From contig JAVJNR010000004.1 in NCBI GenBank assembly GCA_040217195.1, positions 832,001 through 896,000 on the forward strand: a stretch of 64,000 bases of DNA, read 5' to 3'. This document shows, one piece after another, positions 61,182 to 64,000 of this stretch. Positions within the stretch are counted from its first letter, which is position 1. Every line of letters begins with the position of its first letter. A program made the translations under genes and the position numbers. Below the pieces are notes generated by a model. That model had not been told where the DNA came from and searched no databases. It saw only the letters and a list, made by a program, of their open reading frames with translations. The DNA comes from Leptospiraceae bacterium. GTDB lineage: Bacteria; Spirochaetota; Leptospiria; Leptospirales; Leptonemataceae.

Positions 61182-62057
61182 ATGAAACAAGTGTATCGAT
61201 CCGCCAATGAATTCGAAGCGCAAATGTACTGCAACTTGCTGGAGCAGGCCGGCATTGAAGCCCACATTTCCGGTGATCAAATCCAGGGATTTGGAGCATC
61301 GCCGCAACCTATCCAGATATTCGTTGCAGAAGAAGACTACGAACAGGCCAGCCGAATCATTGCAGAAGGTAGTGCTGACTCGCTAGAACAAGATAAACTG
61401 CAAAATGAAAGGTTTGGTCGGGCTCGCACAGTGGATTCCATGACCATTGTTCCCGAAATTAGTTCCAGCACCGTTTCCGAGGGCCTCAATCATACGAGTG
61501 CACGCGAAACGGATTGGGTCGGCGTATTCATGGGCGCAATCGTAGGTATCATGCTTGGAGCCGGGGGGATGTTCTGGGCCTACAACAGTCCCGTAGAGGA
61601 AAATGGGATCGACTTTGATGGAGATGGCAGACTGGACGAAACCTGGATCTATGTGGATGATCGAATTTCCCGCGTAGACTTCGATTCCAACAGAGATGGA
61701 AAAGTGGACGAAATTAGCCACTACGACCACCAGGAGCTACTGGAATTTGTGCAATCGGATGACGATCTTAATGGAACGTTTGAAACCGAGTACCGTTATG
61801 AGGATGGGAATTTGAGCAGCTATCGCCAGGATATGGATGATGACGGGTTCTTTGAATACCAGGAGCATATTCGGCCCAACGGCATTACAGAAGGAACCTA
61901 TTTCCATCCACAAACCCGAATGCCGATTAAGACTATTTCCTACGATTCTTTCCAGATGCTGGAATCCAGACTGGATTTAGATGGAGACGGTCGCATGGAT
62001 GTACTGAGAAAGCATAACGAAATAGATGAAATAATAAGCGAAGAAGAGATTCGATAG
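61182..62057 (+). CDS. DUF2007-TM-Dx[DN]xDG repeat protein
   Basis: EAQMYCNLLEQAGIEA..V.EEDYEQA; one TM; five D-x-D-x-D/N-G-like loops. Confidence 0.75.
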   Translation: MKQVYRSANEFEAQMYCNLLEQAGIEAHISGDQIQGFGASPQPIQIFVAEEDYEQASRIIAEGSADSLEQDKLQNERFGRARTVDSMTIVPEISSSTVSEGLNHTSARETDWVGVFMGAIVGIMLGAGGMFWAYNSPVEENGIDFDGDGRLDETWIYVDDRISRVDFDSNRDGKVDEISHYDHQELLEFVQSDDDLNGTFETEYRYEDGNLSSYRQDMDDDGFFEYQEHIRPNGITEGTYFHPQTRMPIKTISYDSFQMLESRLDLDGDGRMDVLRKHNEIDEIISEEEIR

Positions 62058-62108
62058 TCGAAAGCGGTGAATCCAGATCGATGCATCTGGGCTCAAGGTT
62101 ACACTGAT

Positions 62109-63020
62109 TCAGTCCATTCTCTTAAGAACCGATTCCACCATTTCTGTGAACTCTCGCCGAACCTCTTCATTTTTCTTGGTCTCATCCTTGAAGATATTCT
62201 TTCTGGATCCCAGTAACTCGGCCACGCCCATTCGATCGTTGATGCAATCATCCATTAACGCATCCCCGTATCTTTCTTTAAGCTTTTCGCTCTGCTCCTG
62301 ATGTTCATGAGCCATGTGGCCGCCAAAAAAGCGAACACGGTTTCGAATGATGCCAAGTAGCTTCGCGTTACACTGAGCTCCTTTTTCGCGCACATCTTCC
62401 TGCATATTCTTGATATGCTCCAGAATGAAAGGGATGCCGTAACAGCTGATGAAGTCCGGGATTGTTGGCACCAGATAATAGTCGCTGGCAACAATTGCAT
62501 TTCTGGAGATCAAATATATGTTAGGAGGGCAGTCAAAAATGATATAATCGTAATGCGATTTAAGTGGCTCCAGGGCCTTTTGCAGCAATAGATATCGCTC
62601 TTTGTTAAATTCTTCTATGGTTCTGGCCCATTTAGGCTTTTTCGCAACCAGCCTCATTTCATAGTCCGGCAAGTCCAGATGCGAAGGCAGTAAATCCAGT
62701 CCTTCCACTTCACCGGGCATGTTTTCCCAGGTTCGATTCAGTGCCTTTTCAATGATCCATTCCTGCTCTATGCGGGCCGGGTCTTCCTGATAGAAATTTT
62801 GAACTACGGACCGAATGGAGCCTCGCTTCTCAATCCAGTCTATCCAGAAGTGCTCCTCAACTGTGGAAACGGAAAGACTGCACTGAGGATCCAGATCTAC
62901 CAGAAGTACCTTGCTGCCTTTGAGTTGATTGAGGCCCAGCCCCAGTTGCAGCGAGATAGTGGTCTTTCCCACTCCGCCCTTGTAATTGATAACTGATATT
63001 ACTTTTGCCTGATTTGCCAT
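62109..63020 (-). CDS. ParA/Soj family ATPase
   Basis: NYKGGVGKTT, VDLDPQ and FDCPP motifs. Confidence 0.9.
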   Translation of the reverse strand: MANQAKVISVINYKGGVGKTTISLQLGLGLNQLKGSKVLLVDLDPQCSLSVSTVEEHFWIDWIEKRGSIRSVVQNFYQEDPARIEQEWIIEKALNRTWENMPGEVEGLDLLPSHLDLPDYEMRLVAKKPKWARTIEEFNKERYLLLQKALEPLKSHYDYIIFDCPPNIYLISRNAIVASDYYLVPTIPDFISCYGIPFILEHIKNMQEDVREKGAQCNAKLLGIIRNRVRFFGGHMAHEHQEQSEKLKERYGDALMDDCINDRMGVAELLGSRKNIFKDETKKNEEVRREFTEMVESVLKRMD

Positions 63021-63112
63021 GTAGACTGCCAGTTTCTCCAACTATCGGCAGAACGGCCCACACTTTGCAGCACGATTCCTGTCCTCATGATAGGTAGCCT
63101 CCGAAATCCCGG

Positions 63113-63514
63113 TCAGGTACTCTCTTTTGAGCCCGGCCCCAGCAAAGCCAGCATCAGACCAACTCCGAAAGTTCCGTAAAGAGCAATTTGACTGTAGGGG
63201 CGTGCCAGGCCTTCCAGGTGCGGCTCAGCAAAAAATCCATAGAGCAGAATCCAGGGAATGATGAGCAATACAATGCATACAGGAATTTGAATATGACGGC
63301 GAAAACCGGATAGTCTCCTGAGATAAACTCCCAGCAGCAAATTTGCGATGGAAGTAAAAAGCAAATAGATATGACCTGAGCGATAGATCATTCTTGGACC
63401 GTCTGCCATTCCGGATAGATGATCATGCTCCAGATCCATATATTGACCGGTGAGTAGGAATAGGACCAGAAATACCAGACCTACAGCGTAATGTAGAATT
63501 TTCCAAACCCTCAT
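63113..63514 (-). CDS. Hypothetical 4-TM membrane protein
   Basis: Four hydrophobic segments; FLLTGQYM and RSGHIY. Confidence 0.7.
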   Translation of the reverse strand: MRVWKILHYAVGLVFLVLFLLTGQYMDLEHDHLSGMADGPRMIYRSGHIYLLFTSIANLLLGVYLRRLSGFRRHIQIPVCIVLLIIPWILLYGFFAEPHLEGLARPYSQIALYGTFGVGLMLALLGPGSKEST

Positions 63515-63606
63515 TGAATGGTTTTATGGCGCCGCAGATAGAAATCAACCTTGAATATGAATGGCTTGCATCCAGATCCAGGTTTCAACTATTGTCAGAG
63601 TAAGTT

Positions 63607-64000
63607 ATGAAAGAGAATAAGATACTGGTAACCGGCGCGGCGGGTCTCATTGGAAGCGCCGTAGTTCGAGAACTTAACGGGCGCGGTCTGGAAAACCTGG
63701 TGCTTGTGGACCATCTGGGGGATTCTGAGAAATGGAAGAATCTCCGCTCGCTCAAGTATTCCCAATATCTGGAGAAGGATTTATTCCGGGCAATCCTTCA
63801 GGACTTTCAGGAAAGTCCTATGGGACCAGAAAGGGAAATTCTGGAAGGACTTACAGGGATTATTCACCTGGGCGCTTGTTCCTCCACAACGCAATACGAT
63901 GCCTCCTATTTGATAGACAATAACTATCAATATTCTATTGACCTGGCACGTTTCGCCAGCAGTAGAAATATTCGCATGGTTTATGCATCCAGCGCCGCCA
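63607..64000 (+). CDS. rfaD: ADP-L-glycero-D-manno-heptose 6-epimerase, truncated by window end; absent from ORF track
   Basis: Manual translation MKENKILVTGAAGLIGSAVV..VDHLGDSEKWKNL..IIHLGACSSTT..NNYQYS..YASSAA. Confidence 0.9.
   Translation, partial: MKENKILVTGAAGLIGSAVVRELNGRGLENLVLVDHLGDSEKWKNLRSLKYSQYLEKDLFRAILQDFQESPMGPEREILEGLTGIIHLGACSSTTQYDASYLIDNNYQYSIDLARFASSRNIRMVYASSAA

Noticed and set aside
1..64000. CRISPR arrays, rRNA/tRNA, IS elements, prophage or defence systems
   Set aside because: No regularly spaced repeats, cloverleafs, transposase, integrase, structural phage or defence motifs seen by eye

Overview
Gene-dense chromosomal segment of a Leptospiraceae-like spirochaete. 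The assignment rests on a tandem flaA2-flaA1 pair, Leptospira-style lipoproteins and 7TM-SpoIIE phosphatase, and many fatty-acid genes; GC is roughly 50% by eye. It holds about 60 CDS and is dominated by lipid and fatty-acid metabolism, c-di-GMP signalling, transporters and secreted or outer-membrane proteins. I saw no rRNA, tRNA, CRISPR array, transposase, integrase or prophage module. The best leads are all inference. (1) A split LvaABC/ACAD10-11-like set (acyl-CoA dehydrogenase, HAD, APH kinase, small partner, His-phosphatase) flanks an alkylglycerol-monooxygenase-like gene. (2) Two overlapping CsgG/HfaB-fold lipoproteins are followed by a secreted hydrolase, and one has a helical insert where a pore hairpin is expected. 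(3) A radical SAM/SPASM, GT2 and outer-membrane-protein operon. (4) A GH18-like pseudo-enzyme paired with a TPR protein. Several operator-like palindromes are directly visible. Family calls come from motif recognition only; no searches were run.
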